A DNA stretch of 64,000 nucleotides from Rickettsiales bacterium (lineage in GTDB: Bacteria > Pseudomonadota > Alphaproteobacteria > Rickettsiales > JAIXRX01): positions 32,345 through 96,344 of the forward strand of contig CBDFGH010000008.1 in assembly GCA_965247145.1 (NCBI GenBank), read 5' to 3'. A model generated the notes under the pieces. That model made no database searches. It was not told the DNA's origin and saw nothing but the letters and a program-made list of their open reading frames with translations. Positions 52,001-59,632 of the stretch are shown here, piece by piece; the stretch's first letter is position 1, and each line of letters opens with the position of its first letter. Position numbers and translations under genes: made by a program.

Positions 52001-54336
52001 GCACGCATGGCGCCGATGGCGGTATTGAGCGGCCCTTTCATGGCCTCCGCTTTGTCCATCAGGGTGCGCATGGCAGGCGGAATGGGCAATACGGAAGGGG
52101 GACAGGTTGCGAGATTCTGTAGGCAGGCTATCGCCGCGCCATGACCCTGGGCGATTACCGTTTGCATGCGGCCCATCGAATCGAAGAAATGCTGGAATTG
52201 TTCCCTCGTGGGAGGGGGGGCTTGATTGTCTTTTCCCGTCAGATCCTTGCCATCGTTTTTGGCACGGGTCGCCTTTTTGAGCTTGTCCATTACATCCATT
52301 GCGCCGTTGAGGCTGCTGAGGTCGAGATTTTTCCCGCTGGCACTATTCAATGCCTTTGCATTTTCCAGCGCGTTGCTGGTCTCCGCCATACCGGAAGCGG
52401 CGCTCTTGGCGTCGTCCATTTTCTGCGCCATGTCGATGAGTTGTTTCAACGATTGCAGCGCACTTACGGCGCTGCGCACGGTCTGTGCAAAAACCACGAT
52501 CTTTCGGATCGTTTTCGCCGCCTCGTAGATTTTGATGAATAATTGAACAAGACCGGTGAAACCGTTCATGCCCAGCATGCCACTGAGAGAGTCGGTAATG
52601 TCGTCCTTGCTTAAACCGTTCTCCCCCGCCGATTCCAATGTGCTGAGCACATCGCCCAGCATGCCGCCGGTGCATGTGCCCGTGACGGAGGAAATGAGGC
52701 TTTTCACCTTGTCGGCGCTGCCATCCAGGTTGTTGGGAATGCTTGCCAAGGCACCCACGGCATTTCTCATGCCGTTTAGCTGGATGTTATAACCGCTCAA
52801 TTGATTGATGGCGGATTTGACTTTCGGGTCGTCGAGCATTTCGACTTCGGATACCGATCGCGTCATCCCGGTCGAAAGGATGCGGTGTTGCTGCATCAGA
52901 TCCTCAATGGCGGAAATCTCAACCGGGTCGGTTGCCTCCGCGGCCATCGCATTCAAATCCGCCCCCAGCGATTTGAAGTTGTCCACATCCGCCTTCGAGG
53001 CCCGGATGCTGGAAATGGCTTGGTCCAAATTCCCAGAGACGATGGCGCTGGCACCGGCCGCCGCATCCGACATCAGACCCACATTGGCCGCCACACTGCC
53101 AAGATCGCCAATCTTACCGATGACCCCATTGACGTCTTTCATCGTTTCGTCGAATTTATCGAAATCATCCGTTTCGCTGGAATCGACATTCAGACAGGCA
53201 TTGTCGTTGCGAGTGACCCCGGTATTGCTCGGCAACGGACATTGGGCCGCCTGGGCGGGCATCAGATCGTCCGAACTGGGTTTCTCCACCGCTTCCGACG
53301 GTTGGGGACCCGCGGCGTTGCCCAGCCTGGGCTCAGGTTGAAGGGTCGATTCGTCGTCACCGGTGCTGGGGGCGGTAATGCTGCCCTGCAAAGGGTCGGT
53401 ATCTGGCGGGTTTTGGGCCGCAGGGCCAAATTTGTTCGGATCTTCGAAACCGGGGTCGTCTGCCGGTTTCTTCTTATTTACCGGCGGTTCTATGCTGGGA
53501 TCGGGCACTAGGCCCTGCATGACCGATAAGGCAGGCGCGGCCATACCCAGCATACCGCCCGTGCCGGAAACACTGGCTGTTTTCAGCAGAGGATCGTTGG
53601 ATTTTTCGCTGTCTTCACGCGGCAGATGCAGATTGTGCAAAATGCGCACCACGCCTTCCGGACCCCCGAAATTTTTTAATGTCACACCTGCTTCGGGGAT
53701 GCGATCGAGGGCTTGGCGGATAAAGGCCTGATCGTTCAGCATCGGGCGCAATTCATCGATGGAAGAACCCACCGCCTGCATGACCGCCTCTAATTCATAA
53801 TAATCCATGCCGCTGATCGAGCCGACCGCTTTCTGCAGCCGGTCCGGCCCCATTTCGGCCAATACTTTGGCCAGACGGCGCCCTTCCTTGGGCAATTCGC
53901 TGATACTCAGATTCGGCACCGTATGCAACGCCATCACCGAATGCAGGGTGGATTCGACATCCGCGATCGCTTTCTCCGACATGCCGCGCATGTGCCGCGG
54001 CAGCATGTTCCAATTACCTTCCAGATACGGCTTCAATTCCGGCTTGGTCTTCAGCATGTCGTTCCAGAAGCCTTTGATATCGGATTCGGTCATGGGTCGG
54101 TCGGTTTTGGGATCGATCATGTAATGATCGCCTTCACGGAAAAATTCCTTGAACTCTTCCATGCTGATGACAGGCTTGCTGCCGTCATATTTCGCATAGT
54201 CCATCGGTGTCAGCGCGCGGGCGGCGGTGGCGGATAAACACAGCATTCCGAGCATTGCCCAACACGCCCAAAGGCGACCATGTCGCCATGCGCCTACTCT
54301 ACCACGAAGGAATTGGGGAGGATGGAATTGGGACAC
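46027..54336 (-). CDS. Giant (2769 aa) secreted cysteine-rich protein of unknown function
   Basis: Uninterrupted 8.3 kb ORF; signal peptide ending ATAARA; many Cys pairs; C-terminal CxxxPxxxxC repeats. Confidence 0.9.
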   Translation of the reverse strand: MSQFHPPQFLRGRVGAWRHGRLWACWAMLGMLCLSATAARALTPMDYAKYDGSKPVISMEEFKEFFREGDHYMIDPKTDRPMTESDIKGFWNDMLKTKPELKPYLEGNWNMLPRHMRGMSEKAIADVESTLHSVMALHTVPNLSISELPKEGRRLAKVLAEMGPDRLQKAVGSISGMDYYELEAVMQAVGSSIDELRPMLNDQAFIRQALDRIPEAGVTLKNFGGPEGVVRILHNLHLPREDSEKSNDPLLKTASVSGTGGMLGMAAPALSVMQGLVPDPSIEPPVNKKKPADDPGFEDPNKFGPAAQNPPDTDPLQGSITAPSTGDDESTLQPEPRLGNAAGPQPSEAVEKPSSDDLMPAQAAQCPLPSNTGVTRNDNACLNVDSSETDDFDKFDETMKDVNGVIGKIGDLGSVAANVGLMSDAAAGASAIVSGNLDQAISSIRASKADVDNFKSLGADLNAMAAEATDPVEISAIEDLMQQHRILSTGMTRSVSEVEMLDDPKVKSAINQLSGYNIQLNGMRNAVGALASIPNNLDGSADKVKSLISSVTGTCTGGMLGDVLSTLESAGENGLSKDDITDSLSGMLGMNGFTGLVQLFIKIYEAAKTIRKIVVFAQTVRSAVSALQSLKQLIDMAQKMDDAKSAASGMAETSNALENAKALNSASGKNLDLSSLNGAMDVMDKLKKATRAKNDGKDLTGKDNQAPPPTREQFQHFFDSMGRMQTVIAQGHGAAIACLQNLATCPPSVLPIPPAMRTLMDKAEAMKGPLNTAIGAMRALDGAVAPSVNISVNFNPAALFNFQKVAGQIPALITKVNAVPKLRDKMDKLVEKFAGLFTVADDLRKQMCLRAPNYSIYYCIPPIVWPISQSNLYAMINSFTRDNRYTNFRPIGMIPGDISAAERLGTPLLQASYQLQTAVLGFGFNFEPVTAGVSGSVPEKTLVRMTTPRVSPLNLNEGWLERSTCPRTPATYGWLTDEVDELREDTDTAPRDESTDFKLPQDVRQNILTTILIPTIKNAITCSPIRPAKAGCSYHGCNPPFFTRLMLDSCTNQYITSQSLYPTYIADTQSRPSMTPTNCQPLSLIPPNDCMKDANGKCMVDEYRCKHPSDWDSSTGKCKLDSKGKSTGIVRHEYDAWRYLERAWYGTMVNNYFPAIYFPTINHWDESYMDEYNAEFAKYLANPNDTTITKYIHNPNAQIVAPGIDHYYEDETGKYLPQPRGVLNFRERNFRPQIADLITNPYESIKDVTHPFTPRWDFETNDRDKYDVCVSMSLNNKPDYCGSKNFWWIPGMNGIPVWGQPVNCAATPVDILRFREKRFDNCIMCRITTNRDCLWSEVKGVPIISIIIEVIRAVLYYIAKAACWGITVCGDIVVGIMDIIFFDPMGHNEAKNLWMVAKKSSDKDCKARNSKNKCRSIIDPIRALILLLKEGKRGSDGSFSGHPYDTMWFRFLTGTLDPFEDGQVDMNQIREIFQSFDTYDFSEAYSQFKSEYRSLWKDALRPMAKKICGSWFGGKFPQLCFPARYVLRKGFKAVFEKGKDSSMGQGVAKIGTVSFCKSDRTKQGRNKFPPCSTSGSMPDRDKDFCKDTCKVSIKDCCNEINKPLAPINLLRLAPYTKAERDRNMFAEGTTFEEYFGDHRPYMRLWDTGTEWGAINGKNIDLNSDLGARVRVVGVGTAERSCRIGGWGYLGKEDPTAKSLDPALDKTNNIHNDPFHPLDNGKTRFKGDACVHLPNDNTVHPLTSWTELKLYQARTYRNTGLNCIGQFEKLHKVNMMEDVVLKMAGGSVLLNNGVKDHTVTWPLSHRGFLWDPKMDDKQIANIPDSNSKIYRWDIPSDTRFPNFAKRPGASATVLRGLDNAQPGDIVYLDPSDYNVAYPDRVTRQPIGDGKAIDNFKMAADEYVPFIGYVAETFNDSSYLAANPAEPGEQPNAAGRDRYWVHVLQTNAGQYPDSCGITELAGNARHRTIYRHAAQLEDPNNAKPAARLTALKRLQSCIGAGGANCNFPDSETNALVQQSVQNHTSFAVYNTRCQADPMLRECSFEDPRVTAKGLDLWNMVRIYRPYGDDYRGGCMVRPNAAANNNQRVDIANVSPNEMHLVPEKDVMDCLSAGYDTPPASRNTMKNAEKYDVVADVRGPGYETTSLGSQISHLPLSVLARLRPDPQVARLLTMFPGMANKPYIGFVGVPRSKSSQLLSLTVDVNIGVNFDPVHSGSTIKPGFNALGALYSFEGLRDNPTLDDLMRAPDNLAGMSARGQLDTLYAGGAAALGTQLSQVATSGFNPKDGLPRPIISQRTTGPQAVVVGDVELHMPPTLNRTPPNGRDIQPDAAQSVPDIAISKYPGFAIRGLLNDVANIIFPPCYDVGKTCMDNAVKVKDGKVTLTNHLVGDDDLKAKYEQGLSSERPIFDSDVLVLTPPDTLLQVPAGKERILTFPYGVSFRSQCKEPIKFDSYARIKITADDKLFVIKGEKKADPMHYLLHKDQKKDQDGNVTGEYYTFTPVEGYVPSAGDVLPIDISKQLIPAINVLPDQNLDAKPTPGKEEKPDVPSQPYDGMDQYRKAYDKDSMPGSRQEEVDKLMDDVNDVCSGQDDHQCPDKSIVPDGSTRDKLYKGAGIDPENPGLTQQPLTCIVDSGSNECIRDQLGPCGLDPNSDSCKDDKDFCASQPKEPHCDAAEVCKGDFSKPQEVYQKCITTELDRCTLDPSGEGCNAEAEYCKTNPTKEMCNPTGGGSESFCKDNPKSPVCSSSGNDDKTTSYCVKHPDDKACKLKGG

Positions 54337-54523
54337 GCGAATCCGTGCTTTCTTCTCTATTGTTTTTTTTACCGCAAAGAACTTTGGACTTGCGGAGGGG
54401 GCATGAGACGTTTTTCTGCGCGGGCTTCTTGTCTAGACCTATGGTATCAGTCTAATATGTCTCTTTCATGACGACAACCATTCATCGGCGGATAGATTTT
54501 TTATCCGCGCTTCTCGGGTTTTC

Positions 54524-55321
54524 ATGCCACAACCCAATCGTAACAATTCGACCGAAGCGCCAGATTTTGCCCAGGCGGGGGAAGTCGACAGCGGCGTGTA
54601 TTTTCAACGTGCCCGCGCCTGGTCGCGCATGTTGTACGATTTTCCCATCGTCGAGCGCAGCTATGCGTTGCTGGCGCTGTTTATCATATGGCTGACGCTG
54701 CTGTTGGCGATCATCATTTTCTTTTCATTCGATCCGCTGGTGCGGCCCGTGCGCGTACCGTTCGAAAACCCCAACAGTGGCGAAGATATACCGCGTATCG
54801 TCACCCTCTCGGGCCGCGACCGCGCACCGCTGCAGAAATCCGTTGCACGCTACATCGCCCAGCATTACGCCGTGGCACGGGAGAATTATCGTTACGATCG
54901 CGAGACCATCGATTCTCAATATCGTCTCGTTTACAATCTGAGCGCACCCGATGTTTTCGATGCCTACCGCAGCACTCTGCAACCGAGCAACCCACAAAGC
55001 CCGCTGGCGCGCTTTGAGCGTCATACGACATTGCAGGCGCTTTATCCCGTCACCGAACTCGAGGTTTCCGCACCGTCCCGTGGGCTGGTGCGCGGTCAGG
55101 CACGCGTGACCTACACAGAACGTATCAACGGTCCGGGCGGCTACAAACAGGCGCGGCGCAGCGCGACCTTCGAATTTACCATGAGCGAAATATCCGTTCA
55201 CAAAGAGGATAATCGTGTCTACCAATACAATGACCAAACCGGGCAGGATGAAAAGCTGACCGGCGCGATTAATTTCCGCGTGACCCGCTATCAATCCCCA
55301 ACCGAGTCGCCCCGCCCATGA
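54524..55321 (+). CDS. virB8: VirB8-family T4SS protein (RvhB8-like, atypical)
   Basis: YFQRARAW N-terminus, single TM, YAVARENYRY, VYNLSAPDVFDAY, C-terminal FRVTRY; coupled to virB9. Confidence 0.8.
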   Translation: MPQPNRNNSTEAPDFAQAGEVDSGVYFQRARAWSRMLYDFPIVERSYALLALFIIWLTLLLAIIIFFSFDPLVRPVRVPFENPNSGEDIPRIVTLSGRDRAPLQKSVARYIAQHYAVARENYRYDRETIDSQYRLVYNLSAPDVFDAYRSTLQPSNPQSPLARFERHTTLQALYPVTELEVSAPSRGLVRGQARVTYTERINGPGGYKQARRSATFEFTMSEISVHKEDNRVYQYNDQTGQDEKLTGAINFRVTRYQSPTESPRP

Positions 55322-56271
55322 TCCTTCATTCCATGATCTCAGCGTTCCGCTCCCTGCCCTCCATGTTGCGTCCGCTCGCGGTGGCTTTGCTGCTGACCCC
55401 CGCACTGGCAGGCCCTGCTTTCGCACTGCGCGACAGCCGGCCGCTGGCCACCGACCAGCGCATTCACACCATGATGTACAGTGCGGATGAGGTCTATAAA
55501 TTCACCGGCCATTATGGCTTTCAATCCACGATCGAATTCGCTGCCGACGAAGAAATCCAGACTATCTCCATGGGCGATTCGGTAGCATGGTTGTTGGAAC
55601 CTTCGGGCAATCGCATTTTCCTGAAGCCACTGGAACAAAACGCCACCACCAACATGACGGTGCTGACCAACAAGCGCAGCTATCTCTTTGAGCTGCATGC
55701 GCGCGAAGCCAGCGGCATCAGCGATCCGCAGCTCGTTTTCGTCCTACGCTTCATGTACCCCTCCGACAGCAACGATTATATTTCCGGGCTGGGATCGATC
55801 GACAATACCGTGCCGGACCTGGACGACCCGGAAGAACGCGGCAAGCTGAACTTCAATTATACTCTGCGCGGCAAGGAAACCATCGCACCGCTGCGGGTGT
55901 TCGACGATGGGGAATTCACTTTCTTCGAATTCCGCAACAAAAACGCCGATGTGCCCGCCTTTTTTCTGGTCGACAGCACCGGCAAGGAAGCCCTCATCAA
56001 CTACCGCACGCGGGGAGACTACATCGTGGTCGAGCGCGTTTGGGGCGTCTATACCCTGCGTCACGGCTCGGATCTGGTCTGCGTGTATAACGAATCTTGG
56101 AACGGCGGTGCGGGCCGCAACGTAGCCGCCGGAGATAAAGTTTCCGCCGCTCCTGTCTCTGCCCGATCCGCTGCGATGAGCGAATCTAGAGGCGACCTAA
56201 AAAACGAGCAGTTCATCACGCCGACCGGTGCGGGCGCCGCAGCGGCGAGCAACGCACCGGTCGGCCGTTAG
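55318..56271 (+). CDS. virB9: VirB9/TrbG-family T4SS outer-membrane core protein
   Basis: Signal peptide, DQRIHTMMY, ISMGDSVAW, RIFLKP, TNMTVLTNKRSYLFEL, NFNY, VFDDGEFTFFEF, INYR. Confidence 0.93.
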   Translation: MILHSMISAFRSLPSMLRPLAVALLLTPALAGPAFALRDSRPLATDQRIHTMMYSADEVYKFTGHYGFQSTIEFAADEEIQTISMGDSVAWLLEPSGNRIFLKPLEQNATTNMTVLTNKRSYLFELHAREASGISDPQLVFVLRFMYPSDSNDYISGLGSIDNTVPDLDDPEERGKLNFNYTLRGKETIAPLRVFDDGEFTFFEFRNKNADVPAFFLVDSTGKEALINYRTRGDYIVVERVWGVYTLRHGSDLVCVYNESWNGGAGRNVAAGDKVSAAPVSARSAAMSESRGDLKNEQFITPTGAGAAAASNAPVGR

Positions 56272-56277
56272 CCTGTC

Positions 56278-57048
56278 TTAGTTGCGGCGCACACAGCGTA
56301 TTGGGAAACTGTTACCGCGACCGTAATTCTCATATGTGCCGTAACGCATCTGAATGCGCATAACGTCCGAGTCGTTCAGCTCGCTGGAGGTCCAATACGA
56401 AGTGCTGTCGCTTTGAACGAACCCATAGGCAGCTCCCAGTTCATATTGATTGTTGAACAACACACCCATTTCGTACGAAGTGGGTAGATACCAGTCTGTA
56501 TGACCGCCGTAATTTAGGTTTTTGCAATAGAAGTGCGCGGGATAGTTGCTGTTGGCCAAGCTGCGTGTGCCGGGATAACCGTAGCGCATGATATTGCCCA
56601 TGTTTGGATTGCCACCGCCGGATTGCCATTGCATCGAAGGGTCGGTGCCGGCGCCGGTAGGAGAAGCGCAACTGGGTGCGGCGGCGGTTCCGGTGCAGCC
56701 CGCCGGGCTCACTACCAAATTGCCGTCTCCCGCAAAAATTCCGCCGCCGCAATCGCTGCCGATGACGCCGCTACAGAGGGTTACGGTGTAGGTGCCGTCG
56801 GCGCCGATCAGTGGCACGCCATACATGCGGCTGTCGGTGGTGCCGGGCGCAGCGATCACCGTGGTGGTCGTCGTGGTCGTGCCCGTGCCGCCCGGTTCCT
56901 TCCAATCGGTGCCGTTGCAGAAATAAAGTTTTTTCAGCGCGCTGTCATACCGCAACGATCCTTCCGTGCCGGACGGCGAAGCGCAGGCGGCTTGTGCCTC
57001 GATGGGCAATGCAAACATTGCCAGAACGAGAAAAATAAATCCTTTCAT
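56278..57048 (-). CDS. Secreted DUF1566 (Lcl C-terminal)-like protein
   Basis: Signal peptide; YCKNL..GG..DWYLPT.YE...YWTSSE...IRCVRR signature. Confidence 0.82.
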   Translation of the reverse strand: MKGFIFLVLAMFALPIEAQAACASPSGTEGSLRYDSALKKLYFCNGTDWKEPGGTGTTTTTTTVIAAPGTTDSRMYGVPLIGADGTYTVTLCSGVIGSDCGGGIFAGDGNLVVSPAGCTGTAAAPSCASPTGAGTDPSMQWQSGGGNPNMGNIMRYGYPGTRSLANSNYPAHFYCKNLNYGGHTDWYLPTSYEMGVLFNNQYELGAAYGFVQSDSTSYWTSSELNDSDVMRIQMRYGTYENYGRGNSFPIRCVRRN

Positions 57049-57061
57049 GGGGTCTTCCTCT

Positions 57062-57862
57062 CTAATTGCGACGTACGCAACGGATGGCGTAATTTTGGTC
57101 TTTGGTGTCGATATTGGATTGCCCCCCTGTCGAGGTCGGATCTCCAGGCCGTACGAGGTAATGGTATGCCGTTACATGGTGGAAACGCTGCCCGTTATAT
57201 GCTTCGCTCGCCGACATATAATTGATGTTGTAGCCATTGTAATATGACCCCCCGATATCGGAAAGCGACTGCACGAACAATTCCGTTTCGTACAAGGTCG
57301 GCACATACCAATCGCTGTAGGTCACACCGCCCACGCTGAAAGACAGATTCCGGCAATATTGGAAAGCGGGATAGTTGCTGTTGTTGTTCGATTGGTTGGT
57401 CGCATAGCCATAGCGTTGACTCGACATGGTGGTAGGGCTGTTGGAGGTTTCGTAGCGGTTGTAATAAGTGTCCCGCCCCGCATAGGGTGCCTGAGTAACG
57501 CCGCCCACCGTTTCGGTCGGGCAGGTCGTGCCACTGCAGCCCGCACCCGTGGCCACCAGATTGCCGTCCCCGATGTAGAATCCTCCCCCGCACCGGCTGC
57601 CGATGGCGCCGCCGCAGAGATTGACCACATTGCTGCCCCCTGCCCCGACAACGGGAATTCCGTTCAATAAATTCGGCGCTCCGGCAGTATCGACGACCCA
57701 GTTGGTGCCATCGCACTTATACACTCTTCGTTCGGCGCTGACATATTTGTAACTGCCCAAAACGCCAGCAGGGCTTGAGCATGCGGCCCAGGCGGCTTCG
57801 GAAAAACCCATGCACAGAAATGCCATGGCGAGAGATAAACGAAACGTGAGTTGATTCATCAT
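57062..57862 (-). CDS. Secreted DUF1566 (Lcl C-terminal)-like protein, paralog of 56278-57048
   Basis: Signal peptide; YCRNL...DWYVPTLYE...YMSASE...IRCVRRN. Confidence 0.8.
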   Translation of the reverse strand: MMNQLTFRLSLAMAFLCMGFSEAAWAACSSPAGVLGSYKYVSAERRVYKCDGTNWVVDTAGAPNLLNGIPVVGAGGSNVVNLCGGAIGSRCGGGFYIGDGNLVATGAGCSGTTCPTETVGGVTQAPYAGRDTYYNRYETSNSPTTMSSQRYGYATNQSNNNSNYPAFQYCRNLSFSVGGVTYSDWYVPTLYETELFVQSLSDIGGSYYNGYNINYMSASEAYNGQRFHHVTAYHYLVRPGDPTSTGGQSNIDTKDQNYAIRCVRRN

Positions 57863-57868
57863 ACTATC

Positions 57869-59632
57869 CTAATTGGCAATGCACCCCATCCATCCGCTGG
57901 GATCGGCACTCATGCGGTAGATATGGCTGGTACTGTTGAAGATATCGCCCCAGTTGCTGCCGTTTGCGCAGCTCTGCGACTCGGGTGGGCGCTGCCCCGC
58001 ACAACTTGCTGGACATGCTTGCGTTGTGGCGGGTTTGTCGCCGGGGACACAGGTCGCGCCACTGGGGCAATAGACAGTGCGCGTCTGCACCGAACCGGTC
58101 GCGTTGCAGCTGACGGAGCGGGTTTGGAAGCCGCCGCCGCAGGTATTGTCGCAGGTCGTCCAGCTGCCTGCATCCCAGAAAGGTAGAGGGGCGCAGCTGC
58201 CCCAAGGACCGGCCACCCAGCCACCGCAGGGCTGCGCGTTGCAGCTTTGCGATTGCGCGGGCGAAGAGCCGCAACTGCTGACGGTGCAGCTTTCGCTGGA
58301 ACTGGGTTTCACTCCATCGCACACGCCGCTGGCGCAGGTGGGGGTGCGGGTATGAATACCGGTACGGCTGCGGCAGGAAGCGGTGCGGTATTGCGTACCG
58401 CTGCCACAGGTAGCGCTGCACTCGCCCCAATCCGAAAGCTCCCAGTCTCCCACGGTGATGGTAACGCCGGCACTGTCTTTACACGCACTCCATGCGCCCG
58501 GATCCCAGGCATTGGCACATGTGCCTAGATTGCAGGCTTTCTGCGAAGGCGGCGGGGTGGTGGTACAGCCGGTGAAGGGCCGCGAGGTGGGCGGTTTGGG
58601 CGCCAGACAATCGACACCGACCGTCTGCGAACAGCTCGTTGCACCCGCCACGTTCACACAATCTACGTTGAGGCTGAGCGTGCCGCTTGCGGTGGAATTG
58701 CAACTGACCGTGCGGCTTTGCACGCCGTCTCCACAGCTTTGGGAACACGCGCTGTAACCCATATCCGGCGTGCCGTTGTTGTATGTGGTTCCCGCCGCGC
58801 CGTTGATCGCGTTGATGCTCCATTCGCCGCCGGGCGTGGTTCCGGTAGTCGGCGTCACCGACCATCGGCATTCCTGGCTTTTGGATTTGGCATTCTGAAA
58901 GGAGCGACCCGCCAGAATGAACGCGGCATTGCATTTACGCCCGACATTGGCGGCGTAACCGCGTGTGGTCGCATCGCGGCATGCGCCGGCGGTTACGCCA
59001 TTGCCTTCCTCGACCACCATCTGCCCGTTGCTGGGCGAGCCGTCATCGATCATGCGGTCGATGCGCTCGGCTTCTTCCGGTGTGAGCGGCCCACTGCCGC
59101 TGGTTTCGGTAAAAGAACCGTCCGCTGCGGTGATTTGAATCAAGTGGATCACGGCAACCACGCGGTCGGGTTTACGGCCTTCGATGGTCAGGGCCGCACC
59201 GGAACCCGCCGCGCTGGGCGGATAGACTTTGCCGATATTTCGGCTATTGGCGCTGAGCGTGAATTTTATCAGGCCAGCACGGGAAAGATGTTCCCAGAAC
59301 AGGCGCTGCTCGAGCAAAGCCTGCGCCGGGTCGTCGCTTGCCAGATCGATGCGGCCATTGCCATTGCCGTTGCAGCCGCTGCAGGCGAAAAGGCCGCTCG
59401 CATCCGAAGTATCGCCAGGGAAGGAATTGTAGCGCTCCTGATAAATCTGCACGGCGCGGCGCAGATCGGCCAATTCCTTAGCCACGTTGCGCAGCGCCGC
59501 GTCGCGCGTAAGGCTGCTGGCAGCCAGAGTTCCGGCCACGATGAAGCCGAAAATGGCCAACACCATGGCCATTTCTATGAGGGTGAAGCCGCGACGTTTT
59601 CGAACCGATGAGGGGTGGTGCGCTACGGACAT
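57869..59632 (-). CDS. Prepilin-type (type IV pilin/pseudopilin) protein with C-terminal thrombospondin type-1 repeats
   Basis: RKRRG|FTLIEMAMVL cleavage motif; pilin head (YNSFPGD, IDRMIDDG); WGECSATCGSGTQYR and WTTCDNTCGGGFQTR TSP1 motifs. Confidence 0.9.
   Translation of the reverse strand: MSVAHHPSSVRKRRGFTLIEMAMVLAIFGFIVAGTLAASSLTRDAALRNVAKELADLRRAVQIYQERYNSFPGDTSDASGLFACSGCNGNGNGRIDLASDDPAQALLEQRLFWEHLSRAGLIKFTLSANSRNIGKVYPPSAAGSGAALTIEGRKPDRVVAVIHLIQITAADGSFTETSGSGPLTPEEAERIDRMIDDGSPSNGQMVVEEGNGVTAGACRDATTRGYAANVGRKCNAAFILAGRSFQNAKSKSQECRWSVTPTTGTTPGGEWSINAINGAAGTTYNNGTPDMGYSACSQSCGDGVQSRTVSCNSTASGTLSLNVDCVNVAGATSCSQTVGVDCLAPKPPTSRPFTGCTTTPPPSQKACNLGTCANAWDPGAWSACKDSAGVTITVGDWELSDWGECSATCGSGTQYRTASCRSRTGIHTRTPTCASGVCDGVKPSSSESCTVSSCGSSPAQSQSCNAQPCGGWVAGPWGSCAPLPFWDAGSWTTCDNTCGGGFQTRSVSCNATGSVQTRTVYCPSGATCVPGDKPATTQACPASCAGQRPPESQSCANGSNWGDIFNSTSHIYRMSADPSGWMGCIAN

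Noticed and set aside
46027-56271. Conjugative element or ICE
   Set aside because: No integrase, relaxase, coupling protein, VirB4 or att-like direct repeats; the pair looks like scattered chromosomal T4SS genes.
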